Shown here: in pieces, positions 61,877 to 64,000 of the stretch | Position numbering within the stretch: position 1 is the stretch's first letter | Layout of the letters: each line of letters begins with the position of its first letter | Assembly: GCA_951406725.2 (NCBI GenBank) | Contig: OX597821.1 | Coordinates: 99,138,001 to 99,202,000 of the forward strand | DNA: 64,000 nucleotides | Reading direction: 5' to 3' | DNA from: Octopus vulgaris | Taxonomy: Eukaryota | Translations under genes and position numbers: made by a program | Notes under the pieces: generated by a model | Told to the model about the DNA's origin: nothing | Database searches by the model: none | What the model saw: only the letters and a program-made list of their open reading frames with translations

Positions 61877-63242
61877 GATACTCACTGCAATGCCTCAGCA
61901 AAGAAGAAAGTATGATTTAAATTCGCTTTGTGTATATATTCGTGTGTGGTGCATGCTGATATATAAAACTGTGTGTGTAGTTTTTCTAGAATTCAGGATG
62001 TACTTCAATTATCTTTATGAAGTAGAATGGTGTGGTTGCTATACATGGTAACACAGAGATTTACGACAAGGAGACACACAATTATTTTCTTTTTGTAGAA
62101 TCATTAAAAGTACTGTTTCATTATCCAAGGAATGTGTTGTGTACTTATTAAGTTTTGTCAGAGGGAAATACCAGGTTTTCAGGTAAGTCTCTCAACCTGT
62201 CATTACTTGTCTGCTTCTTAGCACAGTGGCCATATTATGATAAACCTTATTTAAAAGAATTAAAAGAAAGAAAAAAACTAAGAAAAAGGACAGTTAAATG
62301 TGTCTGTTGTTGAATCGTTTTATAGTTCTCATGAATTGGAAGATCTTATTTATGGTTGGTGGATCCTTGAAAATAAACTGTACCTCCAACTTTGGTAGCT
62401 TTACAAAACCCATTTTAAAAATATTTTCTCACAGACTGGTAATTTCAGTATTGAACATTTCATATCATAAAGGTGATTCTATACCACCTGTGTGTCGATA
62501 ACCAGCTGGAAAAGATGTTTTCCTGGGGCTAAAATAACAGTAATATCGTCCTTTATAGGACTGCCACACATTCTGTTGGCATATAAACTTTACTATTCAG
62601 TACTGTTACTGTATATCTCTCGCTCAGAAATTTAAAACAAATTGTTTTTCTCTATATATATTTTCTAATCACTGTTACAAAATATGTGATACCTGATGTT
62701 TTTATTTTGTTTATGTTGATTGTAGTTTAAAAACCTGCATTTGTGACACTTTATCGTCTATGATTTCTCGAACAAACAGATGGAAAAGCATAGGTTTCCT
62801 TACAACCTCCCAAATGTTAATTCTATGAGAAAATGCACCCAGGATACTGTGAAATTATTGGTAGTGGGAAGGACATCTGTCCATAGAAACTAAATCAAAA
62901 TGACATGTACAAGTGTCAGTCTATGATAGCAGTGACTCTCAATAAGAACTGACTTGACCATGATGATCCTTCCAACCCATGCCAGGTTGGAAAGTAGATG
63001 TAAGATGCTGACAATGATGAGTATTCTGAAATAATGACTTTATTAGATTATCACAGTAGTAAGTTATGTCATCATAGTTGTGGTTATATAGTTTGGGAGG
63101 TTGTTATTATACTGTTACTTCTTTCTAGTGTCAATACATTTAAGGTTATATAATTCTTCATAGAATTTATGGTATTAATATGTTTATTGGACTGTATGAA
63201 TATACAGGAGTCATTAAGTGATGTCTTTAAGAGAATATATTA

Positions 63243-64000
63243 CTACATATCACAGGAATATAACTTCTCTTCCATATGAATGTGTTTGTGTTTATTTAAG
63301 TTACTATTAACATTGAATGATTTACCACAGACATCACAGTGATATGGTTTTTCACCTGTATGAATTCGAACATGTTTATTTAAGACATCACTAACAGAGA
63401 ATGATTTACCACAGATATCACAGTGATATGGTTTCTCCCCAGTATGAATACGTCTGTGTTTAGTTAAATCTCCCTTTCCAGAGAATGATTTAGTACAGAT
63501 ATCACATTGATATGGCTTTTCTCCTGTATGGGTACGTTTGTGTTTAGTTACATCACTATTTTGCGAGAATGATTTACCACAGATATCACAATGATATGGT
63601 TTCTCTCCTGTATGAGTACGTTTGTGAATAATTAAGTGACTTTTCTGAGAGAATGATTTACTACAGATATCACAGCCATATGGTTTCTCTCCTGTATGAG
63701 TGTGTTTGTGAATAACTAAGTGAATTCTTTGAAAGAACGATATGCCACAGATATCACATTGAAATGGTTTCTCACCTGTATGAATATATTTGTGTTTAGT
63801 TAAATTACTTCCTTCAGAGAATGATTTACCGCAGATATCACAGTGATATGGCCTCTCACCTGTATGAGTATGTTTGTGTCTAGTTAAGCTGCTTCCTCTG
63901 GAGAATGATTTACCACATATATCACACTGATATGTATTTTCTCCTGTATGCATTTGTTTGTGAATAGTGAAGTGACTTCTTAAAGAGAATGATTTATCAC
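63243..64000 (-). CDS. Second tandem C2H2 zinc-finger protein, 5' end outside the window (at least 8 complete fingers)
   Basis: Frame is open to the window edge (DKSFSLRSHFTIHKQMHTGENT...). TGEKP-linked fingers; stop at 63245-63243. Confidence 0.93.
   Translation of the reverse strand, partial: DKSFSLRSHFTIHKQMHTGENTYQCDICGKSFSRGSSLTRHKHTHTGERPYHCDICGKSFSEGSNLTKHKYIHTGEKPFQCDICGISFFQRIHLVIHKHTHTGEKPYGCDICSKSFSQKSHLIIHKRTHTGEKPYHCDICGKSFSQNSDVTKHKRTHTGEKPYQCDICTKSFSGKGDLTKHRRIHTGEKPYHCDICGKSFSVSDVLNKHVRIHTGEKPYHCDVCGKSFNVNSNLNKHKHIHMEEKLYSCDM

Overview
AT-rich, repeat-dense animal genomic DNA. The SINE families and the [11 protein letters not shown]-type zinc-finger arrays point to an octopus or other coleoid cephalopod (inference). 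The main gene, missed by the ORF track, is mitochondrial pyruvate carrier 1 (MPC1) on the minus strand. It has six coding exons (41566-41496, 31111-31108, 26290-26275, 18460-18380, 9235-9103, 8046-7995) giving 357 nt / 118 aa across about 33.6 kb, including two consecutive frame-shifting microexons of 4 and 16 nt. Further right are two minus-strand tandem C2H2 zinc-finger genes (50879-51826, and 63243 to beyond the window edge). The rest is mostly decayed mobile DNA: R4/Dong, Tx1/L1, RTE, CR1, HERO-like, CRE-like, Penelope, Gypsy, mariner, MULE, Merlin, piggyBac-type MITE, Helentron-type and several SINE families. Highlights are two minimal Penelope-type hammerhead ribozyme motifs with covaried cores (G3-C8 at 55592-55641 and U3-A8 at 44843-44890), a 123-bp near-perfect hairpin in a ZNF 3' region between two polyA signals, telomere-repeat-bearing foldback elements sharing a terminus with a Merlin transposase relic, and a TAA-microsatellite-associated non-coding element family.
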